NCBI GenBank assembly: GCA_027604505.1
Contig: JADIIX010000001.1
Coordinates: 434,001 to 498,000 of the forward strand
Direction of reading: 5' to 3'
Length of the DNA: 64,000 nt
Source: Gonapodya sp. JEL0774
Lineage: Eukaryota
In this document: positions 30,901 through 43,204 of the stretch, piece after piece
Layout of the letters: every line of letters starts with the position of its first letter
Numbering within the stretch: the first letter of the stretch is position 1
Notes under the pieces: generated by a model
Seen by the model: the letters and a program-made list of their open reading frames with translations, nothing else
What the model was told of the DNA's origin: nothing
Databases searched by the model: none
Position numbers and translations under genes: made by a program

Positions 30901-31326
30901 GGGGCGATTGTTGGACGGCAACATCTCATTAGGCCTCACGACGTACCCTTCAGCGTCAAGAGCTACAGGATCCGCTCCATGAGCAAGCAGCGCTTGAATG
31001 GCTTGAATTTTCCCGCTTTTTGCGGCGTGATGGAGGGGCTGCGTATGCGGGAGGAAACGAGCTCGCTCCAGCATACTTATTGAGGATCGATTGCCGACAG
31101 TAACATGGCACCAACAGTCCATTTCTGCTCATCAGTTTGAGTGCTTGCGTCCTTGTTGCTTTCGAGATACGCGACAAGATCCTCGATCTTTCCGTCTGCT
31201 GCGAGACTTCACAATGTGACAGGATAAGAAAGCATGCTTAGCCCGATTAGAATGACGGAAGAAAACGATGAATTCTGCATAATATTATTAGCAATGTACG
31301 TACTCAAAAACCGTTAAATCGGCCAT
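27970..31326 (-). CDS. NUDT12: NADH pyrophosphatase / NAD-cap hydrolase (NudC family) with N-terminal ankyrin repeats; 3' end unresolved
   Basis: Spliced N-terminus MADLTVFDLAADGK...KWTPLHHAAKSGKIQAIQALLAHGADPVALDAEGRTPRDIAYFW..., then NFFGGSPLKR. Nudix box GFMEPAESVEDCVRREMKEETGI and NudC motif STQPWPFPSSLMIG. Confidence 0.85.
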
Positions 31327-31596
31327 TTTCATCGTTGTAGTTTTCGGGATCTGTCAATCCAATCCGACGGTTCCCTGGCACGGGTGCTGCCGAGGAAGTG
31401 GCACAGGCCCGAGCATGAATTTCTTTATCTCTTGTTTCAAATTTTCAAACCATCAGTCGCACTACTTCATTTGAGCTGAACAGGAGGAAAACTCGCACTA
31501 TATCCACGTGTTCGGGCGCAATCTTCCTCGTACCCTTGGTGGCTTCCCAGTGGTCCCCCCCTTGTGGCTCTCTCCTTACTAGGCTGCTTCCCAAAA

Positions 31597-33086
31597 ATGC
31601 TCCCACATCTGGCAAACCGTGCCGCGCTGGCTGCACGCCGAAGACCTGCTACTCCTCTCATCTCTTTGCCTCTTAAGTCTCCTTCATGCTCTCCCTCGTT
31701 GTACGCCACCACCCGACACGTTGCTTCTTCTGCCATCGTCTCGTTCCGAGCTTCTTCGAAATCCTCCACCCCCCAATCACAATCATCTGCGAGTTCTCAA
31801 ATACGCCGTCGACGAAAAAACGTCATCAGTGCTCCTCCCGTGCCCACGGCAGAAGAAGCCGTCAACAACATCATTTACAATACTCCCGCAGCCTCCTCAA
31901 CCCCAGTTGGCCGACATATCCTCAATTGTCTCGTCACAAACGAACCCGGTGTCCTTTCTCGCGTATCCGGCATTCTCGCTGCCCGTGGTTTCAACATCGA
32001 CTCCCTGGTCGTTGCCAACACCGAGGTTCCCGACCTTTCCCGAATGACCATTGTTCTCCAAGGACAACACGTCCAGATTGAGCAGGCACGAAGACAGCTT
32101 GAGGACCTGGTACCCGTATGGGCTGTGCTCGACTACACGAACACCAGGACTGTTGAGAGGGAGTTGCTCCTTGTCAAGGTGTCCACCGTCCCAGGTCACC
32201 ACGTCGAAGAGTTGACCGAGGATGAACAGGAGGCAGCCGAGGTACATGGCATTTTGAATGTTGCGGTGAGTTTCGACGATGACTCGAGAACATCCACCTT
32301 AAATCTGGGAACAAAATGCCATCAGCCAGTTCTTCCTGCTGACCTGACGTGTCGAAGCTCAACTCAGCTCGAAACAGTCACAAACACATCATGTTAATCT
32401 CACATCTGTCCCTACTCATTATCCCTGCAGTCTTCTGGAGTCAGTCCACTCCTCGCCACTTCCCTCCACCGCTCCTCCCTCCGTGAACTCTCCGACCTTT
32501 TCCGGGCTCGAATCGTTGACGTAACTAACGAGTCTGTCATTATCGAAATGTGTGCAAAGAGCGAACGCGTTGACGCGTTCTTGAAGGTGCTGAAACCCTA
32601 CGGCATTATCGAGGCAAGTCGGAGTGGTGAGTCTCAAGATGACGAATTTATGTGTCTTTAGTTTTTGGAGTGGCGCGTGCGGATGTGAAATGGAACTTGT
32701 TCGTTGACGTCCAACTGCATCTGTGGAAGACTGTGTTTTGGACAACTCCCCGATGATGAACAACAAAATTGACAATGTCTTCAGAGCTCGCCGATGAAGA
32801 TCAAATTTTACCATGCTAATAATGAGGGGTTTATTCAATCGCTTGTGTGATGTCTATTCGCACTCGATCTTTGCTCCGCCATAACTCTTGTTTCTATTCT
32901 CTCCCTCTCTTTCGGATATCCAATTACTGACTTGCTTGTTCCACTCTTTCCTACCCCTCCTTGAACTTTTTGAATCCAGGCATGATGGCCATGCCACGTT
33001 CCGTCATTGATCACGACGACCTCGAGGTTGAGGTAGTAGACGACCACGATGGCGGAGTGGACGCCACAATGCTGCCGCCGGGTTAA
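31597..33086 (+). CDS. ILV6: acetolactate synthase regulatory (small) subunit, mitochondrial precursor
   Basis: R/S-rich presequence; HILNCLVTNEPGVLSRVSGILAARGFNIDSLVV; QARRQLEDLVPVWAVLDYT; ERELLLVKVS; KPYGIIEASRSG|MMAMPR; C-terminus VDATMLPPG*. Confidence 0.96.
32748..32829 (+). ncRNA. intronic box C/D snoRNA, double guide (snR53-like 3' guide)
   Basis: Lies in the 353-nt ILV6 intron (32627-32979). CCCC/GGGG terminal stem; C box ATGATGA (32753-59); guide TGACAATGTCTT; D' CAGA (32782-85); C' ATGAAGA (32794-800); guide CCATGCTAATA (32811-21); D-like ATGA (32822-25). Confidence 0.8.
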
Positions 33087-33468
33087 AGATATTATACATC
33101 CACGGTTTGTGGACTTGTGGCTGTTCTAGACACGAATCTCGCATTTCTAACGGTGGCGGTAGCCCCCATGTTTTTGAAGTGAAAAAGTGGACAGGGTGTT
33201 GTGACTAGTCGCAGCAACAGCACTTGCTTAATGACCAATATACCACATTGTGATTGCTCTCGATATGTCAAACACTGTGTGCTCAGTCAATGACGCATTT
33301 TTGTACTTCCTGTACATGGTGGGAGCAAGTTCTCACCTGCTTGTGCTTCGATCTTGCTGCTTCGAAATTGCTCGAGCAACTTGGGACCATCGTTTTCGGA
33401 AGCAAGGTATCACACAACGTTATGAACAGAGATTACAGAGTGCTGAATCAAGTACGTGACCTCCATTT

Positions 33469-35398
33469 TCATAATGATCCCCTGCCCACCAACCTATCCT
33501 CGTACTCCGCCATCACCGCGAACATGTGACACTGTGCATCCTCCCACCTCAGCCCTTTCCTCCCAAGCTCAAACCCCCGCTCAGCAATCTTTGCTGCCTC
33601 CTCATCATGTGCCTTCGCCCAACGAACGGCAGACAACAAGTCCCCCCAGTCAGCCCTTATGGGCACGTAATGTACATAGGGTAGTGCCCAATGGTCTGTC
33701 CAGTCCACAAATGCCCGAGCACGGAGAATGAGGGAGCGCGACTCGCGGAGGAAGGTGTGAAAGCGTGAGGAGAAGCTGTTGCCGTCTGTGTCGATGAGGT
33801 ATTTGAAGCCAAAGAGCTCCTTGTAAGGTACGGTATTTCGGAATGGAATGCGACCAAACACGCGTTCCAGAGCACGCGTGGCGGCGGAGTTGGCTTCTTG
33901 GACGTAACCCATGAATTTGGCGTCCACGAGCTGAGGCTCCGCGTTGGGGGACAACTTCGCCGCCGCAGAGGCATTGACGGCAAGGTCCATAGAGTATTTG
34001 ACGAGACGGTGCCTGTGCATGTGATTCCACAACGTTACGTTTTCCGGAGTAAGGCCACCGGTTGTTCGCCCCCGCCACATTGCAACTGGTGTCTTGTTGG
34101 CGAAGGGGAGGTCGGCCTTGCCTCGATCTCCGACTGCCACCTGGTCCCAGCACGAATGCAGGGCGTAAATGAGGGGAACAACCATGTCGGCGTAGCAGCC
34201 CGGAAGCACTGCCGACGAGAACACGGGAACGGTGGCGTTATTGTTGGACGGAATTGTGTGAGGGCGGAAAAAGTAGCCGTGGTGGTCAGCAACATCTTCC
34301 GGCAGTGTGAGTTGGACGCGATTATGAAGGTCGAGGTGGGCAAGACGCGCCATGTCGATGGTCTGTGGGGTGGTTTTCGTTAGATGGGAGAGGGAGATAT
34401 TCGAGATATTGTTTGTGGTGGTATCGATGGGAGGAGGGGGCTGAAACTTTTCCAGAAACCAACTGGGAAGCCATGCTCGCCCGTGTATGTGTTTACTGGG
34501 AGTCTCATCCGCATGGCATGCCCCTTGCGGGAGGTGTACGCGGGGCTCATCCAGGTCATTGAGCACCACACGGAAGTTCCTCGGAAAATACTTTGCTATA
34601 GGTGCCAGAAACTCCTTCCACGGCCAGGGTAGGAGCTCGTTCTGTCGGTAGTTGTAAACGAAAACGTAGGATGGCGTTTCGAGAGGGCGTCCGTTCGGGT
34701 CTGTCCACGCATCATTGTGGTAGTCCGCGTTCGGGTCGTCCGTACCCGGGATAGGCCGTACGATGAGTGTGGTCGTCTTGTCCAAAACCGACGCTTCCGC
34801 AACCATTTGTGGTGTGATTTTGTCTGGCAGATGTCGGAGCTGCTTGGAGAGCTCCGCGTACCCCAGGACGTTGCAGCGGTGCGAGACAGCGAATTCATAC
34901 CACTTTTCATAAAGGCGGGGTGGATTTTTTTTCTGGGTATGTTTGTAGTATGCGATGGCCTCTTGAAGGGTGGGAATGCGCATTGGGGGACGGGGATAGG
35001 AGATGTTGGCGAGATGGGTGTAGGGCACTTCTGACACGTCCACGACAAAATCCTGAGCTTTATTTGTCGCTACGAATAATGTAACAGGTCCAATGGTTTA
35101 TATAGAACCGCGAATTGAAGGTGGAGTGTTGAGTGGACTCGTAGAAACATTTGCTTTTCGCCAAGAACTCACCCAACAAATACAGCATCTCCGAATAGTA
35201 CACAATGTCTCTCGTGTAGGCTGGGACCAAGCTCGCCAACAAGAAGAAAGCGCCGCAACATAAAACCACAAGGATCAAGAACAACACCCTCGATCTCCGC
35301 AAAACGCGGCCAACTGGACGTCCCAGTCGTCGCCGCTTTCGAGGCATTCCTCGACTGGTTGGCAAAATCCAAAGGTCCCCAGGGTCTCTCGAATCCAT
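33469..35398 (-). CDS. glycosyltransferase family 90 (CAP10/CXT1-like putative xylosyltransferase), type II membrane protein
   Basis: N-terminal TM helix, YKHTQKKNPPRLYEKWYEFA, VLNDLDEPRV, AMWRGRTTGG, KYLIDTDGNSFSSRF, WALPYVHYVPIRADWGDL, AAKIAERG. Confidence 0.9.
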
Positions 35399-36567
35399 GG
35401 TGCGACTGAATTCTGGTGATCAAGCCCAAGGCGGGATTATGCCACGACCGCAGCCACAATTATTTCCACCAACTTGTAAACCTCCTTTCAGTGAGTACAT
35501 GTGAATGCTCTCAATCAATGACAATCAGTTCTTTGGCAGCAAGTCTTGCTCATGCATCGATACGGCGGTTGCTTGGAATTGTCAGTTTAGAAGTAGGTAT
35601 ACGTATGCATACCCCAATGAGCCATTTCCATACGACCTTACTTTATTTGCAGTCCACCTCTTCGGTGGGCGGCGCGGTTAGGTGCACGGGGGTTTGACAG
35701 CCCACCGTCGGAGTTCCTTGTTTCGGAGCTTGACCCTCTGGGATCTCGGTGTTTTGCCGGTTGGCGGATTTCTCTCTTTCGATCTTGTGTAAATATGACT
35801 CCACTAAAATGCGTTTCGTCATTTACAGCTCAAAATAAAACATTGCCGGACAAATTTTTTTCCGAGTCCGGGACAATTTTGGTAATTTTGGTCGCTGGAG
35901 AACGGCAACACCTTGAACTCTGGCGTTTGCGGGAAAGAATCCGTGATTAGAGAACAGACAACGTATTTGTTTGCTGATCCCAAGGTGGTTGTCCAGCTCG
36001 TTCAAATTTAGTTTTTTGTGGATGCTACTTTGGAAACATGAACATGAACTTCGATACAGTGCTCGAGGGACTATCTTGTACATGCGCAATGTATTGAGGT
36101 GTTCCGATGGCCCATATGCATCAATTCCGTTTGTAACTCGATGATGTGTTCGATTCAGGAAGGTCCAGGTTTCAGGGTGTTGTCACCTTTCTCACCCCGA
36201 TTTGGATATCCGGATACCAAGGGGCGGTGCCAGCCGAATTGAAGAGCCACAAACCCCAAAACTTTCCCCGCTCCCAAAAAGTGTTTCAAGAGGCCAGCGA
36301 CCTTTCAAGGTCGCGCTTTCGAGCTCCAGGTAAGAAACGAGACAGTGCCCGAAGCGATGCCCCTCCCGAGTTCGCCGAGGCGGAAACCCGCGTCCTCGGT
36401 TCTCTGCGGTGGAGAGATCAGCATCCGGCAGCTCTTCTTTTTCGCGTGCTTCCATGCTCTTTCCAATCATCATCTGCTGCATACGTCTGTAGATATCCCG
36501 CCTTCTCCTTTTCCTCCTCTCTTCGCCTTTCCCGCCCTTCTCTCTGTTCAACCCCTCCAATTTATCC

Positions 36568-38211
36568 ATGGAGGTAGCTCGATCCTCCCACCCGGACCGT
36601 GTGGCCTCCGACATGGCACGCACGTCATCTGTTCCCGTCGGGTCGCTTCTCCAGCAGACGTCTTACCCTGCGTCCAGTGTTTCGGACCCAGTGTCGAGGC
36701 AGAACTCAGCAAGGGGCTATCGTGCACCGTCCAGAACAATCGCGAGCGCAAGTAGCGTCGCGAATACGGACCTGCGTGAGAGAGCACCGGGGACCATGGA
36801 CAGTGTTTCAGTGGTTCCAGTGGGTGAAGGCCCACCAGCGGCTCCTGAATCGCAGGGTGGCGATGGTCACCCTCAACCAGTCCAAACGCAGCTGGACTAC
36901 ACTCCACCTTCTCAACCGTCTTCCAACTATGACAGTCGTCTACCGGATTTTCTGGCGCATCTGGTGTACCATCATTTGCTCAACCTGCCTTTTGACCAAG
37001 TCATCTCTCATTCGGCACTCCTCTCCTCGGGATCCAACATTGCGTCTCTAATTCGCAAAGTCCTCAACGTGACAAATCTATCGAATACGGAGACTTTTGT
37101 TGGATTGATCTTCCTCCAACGTCTTTTGTCTCATCCTGGAGTCGTGGAAGGGAAGCCTGGAGGTCGCATATCCCCCTCCACCAGTCCTGTGCATCTTGCA
37201 GGCTTGCCCCCTTCGCACCTGCTTGCGGATTTGTCCACCACACATGTTCTTGTCCGCCGGCTCGTTATTCTGTGCTTTCACCTTTCGAACAAGGCCATCA
37301 ATGACCAACCGTACTCGACCCGCTCTTGGTCGAGGGCCTCGGGACTATCGGTGCCGGACCTTGTTGCTGCTGAACGTGATGCGCTTGCGGCTATGGAATG
37401 GCGGGCGTCGGTCTCAATTGAGGAGTGGGATTCGGCGCTGGACTCGTTAAGTGCCTTGGGCCACGATTGGACGTGGGCACTTGACCGGAAGGGTGTTTCC
37501 GTCCGACACTTTGATGTTGCAAAGGGATGCAGCAGGCTCGACACAACACCACGGAGGATCAGCACCGAGTCCCTGCAGGATGGGGACTCGGCTGTGTTTG
37601 ACATCGACCAAGAGATGGGTCAAGGGGATAGTCTGCCGCCCCTCACCTCCAGGGGCCAAACCGTATCCTCCCCCATGGACAATGACCCAGACGAAGCAAT
37701 CGCTCGAATTAAGCGGCCCACAAGCCGCAACTATCACCGTACCCCCGAACGTATATCTTCCAAGCACTCCAACTCTTTACAGTATTGTGCTCCACAGGCC
37801 TACCAACCTGGTACTCCCGTTCGTCTCTCGTTTGAGCTCGTGCGCACAGCCGATGTCTCTGCGCTTGGCGGACCTTCTACCCCACCCTTTGTCGGCAACA
37901 AGACGGCTGGACCGTCCAACCTTCGTGAACCCCAGGCCTCGCACTTGGCCCGCTCGGCTCGTCAGCACGAGTCCTATGGTGCTTCAAGTCATCCTCAGCC
38001 GCAGTCCATGTTTGCAGCCCCTGGCACTGCACAGGGGCCAGTGGTTACCCAGGTTCCTACCTCGGCCTACTCACTCGTGCCCATGGCGGTGCAGCCAATG
38101 GTGCCCGCGGCAGCCACACAGATAAGTGGAGTGGCGATGCCGATGCCGGTGCACATGGTGGCGTATCACGGAGAGACTTCGACCGGTGTGAGGTTCGTTC
38201 AGTACCGTTGA
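36568..38211 (+). CDS. Pho85-type (Pcl/Clg1-like) cyclin, single exon
   Basis: Cyclin box LIRKVLNVTNLSNTETFVGLIFLQRL...LVILCFHLSNKAINDQPYSTRSWSRASGLSVPDLVAAERDALAAMEWRASVSIEEW, with disordered flanks. Confidence 0.85.
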   Translation: MEVARSSHPDRVASDMARTSSVPVGSLLQQTSYPASSVSDPVSRQNSARGYRAPSRTIASASSVANTDLRERAPGTMDSVSVVPVGEGPPAAPESQGGDGHPQPVQTQLDYTPPSQPSSNYDSRLPDFLAHLVYHHLLNLPFDQVISHSALLSSGSNIASLIRKVLNVTNLSNTETFVGLIFLQRLLSHPGVVEGKPGGRISPSTSPVHLAGLPPSHLLADLSTTHVLVRRLVILCFHLSNKAINDQPYSTRSWSRASGLSVPDLVAAERDALAAMEWRASVSIEEWDSALDSLSALGHDWTWALDRKGVSVRHFDVAKGCSRLDTTPRRISTESLQDGDSAVFDIDQEMGQGDSLPPLTSRGQTVSSPMDNDPDEAIARIKRPTSRNYHRTPERISSKHSNSLQYCAPQAYQPGTPVRLSFELVRTADVSALGGPSTPPFVGNKTAGPSNLREPQASHLARSARQHESYGASSHPQPQSMFAAPGTAQGPVVTQVPTSAYSLVPMAVQPMVPAAATQISGVAMPMPVHMVAYHGETSTGVRFVQYR

Positions 38212-38580
38212 TTGGATTGATTACATTGGACTTTGGAGCTTGAGGTATTTGGAATATATCAAGGGAGAGATGGGAGGCAACGGCGATAAGGGAGAGATGG
38301 CAGGCTTTTTCGGAACAGTTTTGGACTCTGGGCAGTAAAGCCCACCGGACTTTTTCACTATCATATAGGACAACTTCAAACCCACACGACACGTTCTCAC
38401 ACTATACGTACCCCACTTACTGTTGCAAACGTAGACTTTTGTTTCAGAATTGTAAATCGGTATTGATATTAAAAAAAATGGATGTCCAATGAGTTCAGAA
38501 AGGCAACTTTCATTCGCATTTGTGGTCTCCCCTACATTTCGAACTAGGCTACCACTCTTCGTGGGATCCTACATGCCCAT

Positions 38581-39620
38581 TTATTCCCTTGCCATACCTC
38601 CCTTTCCGGTTTGGGAGTCGAGCTCCCCTGGGAAGTCGCTCGATTTCAACTTCTCTCCTTCTTCATGGCCTTGTCCCTCTCCACTTCGACTGATATTACT
38701 CTCGCTGTTGCTAGTCTTGGTGGAAACGTTTGGATTATCGGTAAGCGTTTCTGCCACGTTCTCGGGCCTTGAAGTCGAGATCTGTGGGAAGGGTGACGTA
38801 ATAATATTTCACGTCAAAGTAACATTCCATGAGACCCCCGAGGCGATTGATTCTTAAGCAAAACTCACCGCTTTAACTCCCTCAGTATCATTGGCGACTT
38901 TTCCTTGGACTGTTTTTGACGTTGCAGACTGTACATTCAATGCGAGAGCCAAGACGCCTCATGAGAAGGGCTACTGCGCCTCGACACTCAAGCTTACCAT
39001 GTATTCTATATGAGCTGGTGTGCAGTGTATGTCGTGCGATTTCGACAGACAGACGGGAATCGGGCCCGGTATTGTGCAGTCCGTTGTCAGCATCGACCAC
39101 GGGCCCCACAGTCTCACTATTAGCTTCTCAGCATGGGCTCAACTACCCGGAAGATATTCACTGTGTTATAAGTTGCGATGAATTTTGTGAAGTAGATGTA
39201 CATGAACCATTGCAATTTTTATGTCTTCCAGTCCCAGCGGCACTAAATCGGGTACGCCCAGAGGAGGGAGTCACCGTGTACCCCCGTGTGCAGGGGTAAC
39301 ACAACCACATCACCCAAGAGCGGAATCGACTGCAAGGTACTCACAAGCCGCCCCTTCAACCTCTTTTGAAGCTTGCTACGTGAATCAGCCGCCACCAGGC
39401 TGGCAGGCGAGGCCCTTCCACCACAGCTCCATATCGCAGATTGCTTCTCCAGGAGCGCCCCGTTGGTTGAAGGTCTGTCTCCCCGTCGCGGGCGTCGTCA
39501 ATCTGTCGTTTATTTGGCGTGGGTTAAGGTGCATGGGGAGTCGTCCAGCACGACTCGAGGACAGAGAAAGGCGACGGTGACAGAAGCAACACCGTGGAGT
39601 GTCACAGAATGTTAAGGTCA
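38581..39620 (-). CDS. small hypothetical spliced gene; 5' end uncertain
   Basis: Three terminal exons with GT-AG borders join in frame: ..RLWGPWSMLTTDCTIPGPIPVCLSKSHDIHCTPAHIEYM|SATSKTVQGKVANDTEGVKA|ISTSRPE...GGMARE*. No homology recognised. Confidence 0.35.
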
Positions 39621-39891
39621 TAGTAGTAAGAAAAGACAGTGTGTCTGTTGGTGGGCAAAGCAGCTGAAAACGGCCCAAAATGCAAGCACGCCCATCGGCG
39701 TTGTAGACCCCGGTAAGCCTTTACTTGCATCGCCTGAGGCGCAGCCCACTTACCCGGCGTCTCACGTTATGGTGCCTCGCGGATAGTCGGTTTGATGTGG
39801 ATTGCCTAATGCTTGTCGTTGAAGGGCATTTGGTTCGATCACAGATGCAGTGCCACACCGACATGGGAGCTCCCCACCAGCCTGTTCTCCA

Positions 39892-42800
39892 ATGAACAAT
39901 TCAGAGATCGCAACTAACGAAGAGCCCGCAAACGATATCTCAGTAGACCATCCTGCGATCGCTCCTGAGCTGAGTGCGAGTGGGGCAGAACCTGATGGGG
40001 TTGACACATTAGAGAGCAACGAACACAGTCCACCAAACGCGGAAGATGAGCCGGGTGGCGGACCGAATGAAAAATCGAGCGAACATATAGCGAACCAGAA
40101 TGATCTGGTGCAGGAGGGAGAAGGCACGACGGCTGAGGAACCCGTGGATGGGGTGGCCGAACAGGAACTGCAAACCGGGAGTACTGCCGAGGAGACAGAT
40201 ATTGCAATGCAAGGTAAGCTTTTGATTGCACTGGGTGGTTGCGTTAGTGGACTATTGTAGTTGTGACATTGCCCCACCCAGAACTCTCCACGACCTCCCC
40301 CGACAGTGAAACGAACTCCACATCCGAGCCACCGACCTCGAGCGCCTTTCCATTCGCTACTCTCATTCCCGTGGATACCTCCGGTGCATATCTCCCGGAG
40401 GATGGATCTTTTCTCAACGACCCTGCTACTGGAGATGGTTACGACGATTTCCCTCCGGAGCACACGGGACTGCATCGCCAACGAACCTCAATAAGGCCGC
40501 CTTCCGCTCCCAAGCCGCAAGGGCCCCCCTTACCTTCTGCGGACCTCTCGAAGTGGATTGAAAAGCCATACCTGGGAGGATTCCGCCACCGCAAAACAGG
40601 CACCGAGTTCTTCCACGCCGCCGTCCAAACTGTCGGCCTGACGTCTAACGGAGCTGATACTATTGCTGTTACAAGTATAGAAACAGATGGGGGAACCGAT
40701 TCGACAAACTTGCCAAGATCTCAGAAGGTCTCTCGCGATACGCAGACCAAGGATGTGCGCAATGCGGGAGCACAGAGCAGAAGAGATGCAGTAACACAAA
40801 TGGTGTGTTCTTCACTGACAGGAAAAACGAAGAGCATTCGCGATACACGGATGCTTGGGTCAAGGTCCACGTTACCAGGCCCCAACCTTCTTCCTCCCAT
40901 ATCACCTTCATCACACCCTACCACTCTAGAACGCTCCAGCTACGTTTATCTCCTCTTCTTTTGATCGCGTAGTTTTCCCTTCTCGCTATGTTACGGCACG
41001 GGATTGGGAACGATCGAGGCATAAAGCGGTGAGTCGATAAAGACGGGTTTTGCATGAGGGCAATGTAAAAGGATAGGATGCGACAAATCAGAGCTGGATG
41101 ATGGATAGTTGTTGGTTACATACCTCGCGAAAGATTTGCGTTCTCATTTTTTGCAATTCAAATCAAAGGCCATCACCATTCAATGCTGGGTCCGCACCGT
41201 TTTCTCACGCCGACTTGTTGCCAAACTACGACGGGAAAAGGCTGCGAAAGAGGCTGCTGTAGAGAAGGTATGACAGATTTTAGAGCTTATTTGTCTGTCC
41301 CTACCTCATGAGCAAAGGTTCGGTCATTATTTCTCACAGAAAGAAAAAAAGAAAAGGGAGCTTCTTGAACGCAAGAAACACCGTGACTTGGAGGCACGTC
41401 TCAGACCACGGACTGAGAGGGACTTTGAGAAACTATATAGCGGTTTGGAGAGTGAGTGATTCTCCGAATGCAATTTAGTGTCGTGCCCGTATGCTATTAC
41501 TTCTTTGACCTGTGCACTCTCTTTTTTTTGGTCGTCATTCACCGCGAACTAAACAACTCCAGCCTGGCGTCTAACTGAGACTGCCAAGATCGAGGCACTC
41601 AATCTTCCCTCAGCAGAACGCTTGGCCCGACTCGCTTCACTCTTGGACGAAGAAGCTGGGCTCATTCAAAAGCTAGACCGGATGCGGGTGGCAGCGGGTG
41701 AGGAGAACAGGGAGAGGAGAGTGGTGAAAATGTTGGATAAGGTATCGTGTGTGTCAGTTTTCTAAACCTGCATGCGATTTGAAAGGCTATCTTCATTCAC
41801 CATTTGTATCACTCGATGAAGATGGCAGCCCCAAAGCACTGGCCCACAACCGCAAAGTCTTCCGTTTTGAAATCCCCCGTGACAATCACGTCGTCTCCCC
41901 TCAGCACCTCGAGCCACGTCCCAAGATACACAACCACCACCAATTCCTCGCCCAAAATCTCTTCCAAGAACCACCAACCTTCACCTGCGACCGGTGGAAA
42001 TGAACGTATCCCGTACGTATTGGTGGATACACCGCACACCATACGCGCTCGAGAGCTCCGTGACCTGTATCATGCTTTATGCGTGCCCCTCTTGCCGGTG
42101 GATGAGAGATTGCAGGTATTACTGCACGTTAAGTATACGGTCAAGGAGTTCGACTGTTCTTTGACCAGGGACATTGTCGAGCTTATTGACAGGGAAGGTG
42201 ATTTGCTTAGCAGGGGACGAGACCCAAGAAGTTTGGAAGGTAGGCATCCAGTTTTGGCTCGCCTATGCTGTATCGCTCGTTAAAATCGGGTTGTCCGTTG
42301 ACCATACCATACATTTGAAACAGGCCTACGCAAAAGACTCTGCACCCTCTTCTTCCAGTTCACAATGACTCCAGAGTTCAACCCCGCCTCCCTGCCATAT
42401 CAGAAAGTTCTTCCTCGTCCTGCGCCGACACCACCCACAACATATGATCCTTCAGTTGTTGCAGCTCCCTACTCCTCGTCCAGTCCACGTGACCAGGCTG
42501 TGTACTACTGCAAAGGGTGTAATCTCTATCTGCCGTCCACCAAGTTCTATCTCTCGACAACGATGCGATATCTTGGAAAGTGCAGAGGTTGTATATGTCG
42601 AGAAAATACTGCCAACCAGCGGCGAGATGAAGGGAGATACTCGGAAATGCTCCGTGCAGCCAGAGCCCAGGAGGCTGCCCGCGCGGAGGTCAAAGCTATC
42701 AACGACGCCACCAAGAGGGAGGTTTTGGGGACGCCTGGGTTCGAAGCGGCGGATGCCTTCTCCAAGGCCCGAAATGGCGGGTCGCGACCTGATGACCTCC

Positions 42801-43204
42801 CCTCCAGGAGCACCTTTGCGCCAATTGGATTTTTGCAGGAAGCAGATATGCGCTACCTTGTTGACACCATTTGGAACGGCTGCTCGGCCATTTCTGGTGT
42901 ACGCACTCCATCCGAACTTGTTCTCGCACCATGGAACCCGAAATTGCCTCTCGCACCGGACAACTGCATTCTTTTGACAAAAGCAGAAGCACGCACCCAT
43001 GAAGGTGCTCTAGCTGCGCAGGTGCCTCTCTTGTCTCGTGCGGCAATGGAGGAGGCTGTCAAGGGCGGAGTTCTGGAAGGTCTAGATCCAAATGCGTTGT
43101 ACAGCGAGGACTTCGCCGGCAAAGTTCGGGGGAAGCATGTTCTAGCGAAACAGGTCTTTAAACAGCTGCCCGAAGTACAAAGATATGTGAAGCAGTCGTT
43201 GTGA
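39892..43204 (+). CDS. IQUB: IQ and ubiquitin-like domain-containing protein family (radial spoke, FAP253-like)
   Basis: KPYLGGFRHRKTGTEFFHA, SRDTQT, IQ-like AITIQCWVR, RLRPRTERDFEKLY, DERLQVLLHVKYTVKEFDCSLTRDIVELIDRE, TPEFNP, YLVDTIWNGCSAISG, NCILLTKAEA. Confidence 0.9.

Noticed and set aside
32630..32745. Second snoRNA in the ILV6 intron (ATGACGA at ~32639)
   Set aside because: No matching D box, terminal stem or recognisable guide.
35663..35707. 8-bp inverted repeat cggtgggc...gcccaccg in the 1.2-kb GT90-cyclin divergent region, considered as a tRNA or ncRNA
   Set aside because: No cloverleaf or Pol III boxes; a stem this short is expected by chance.
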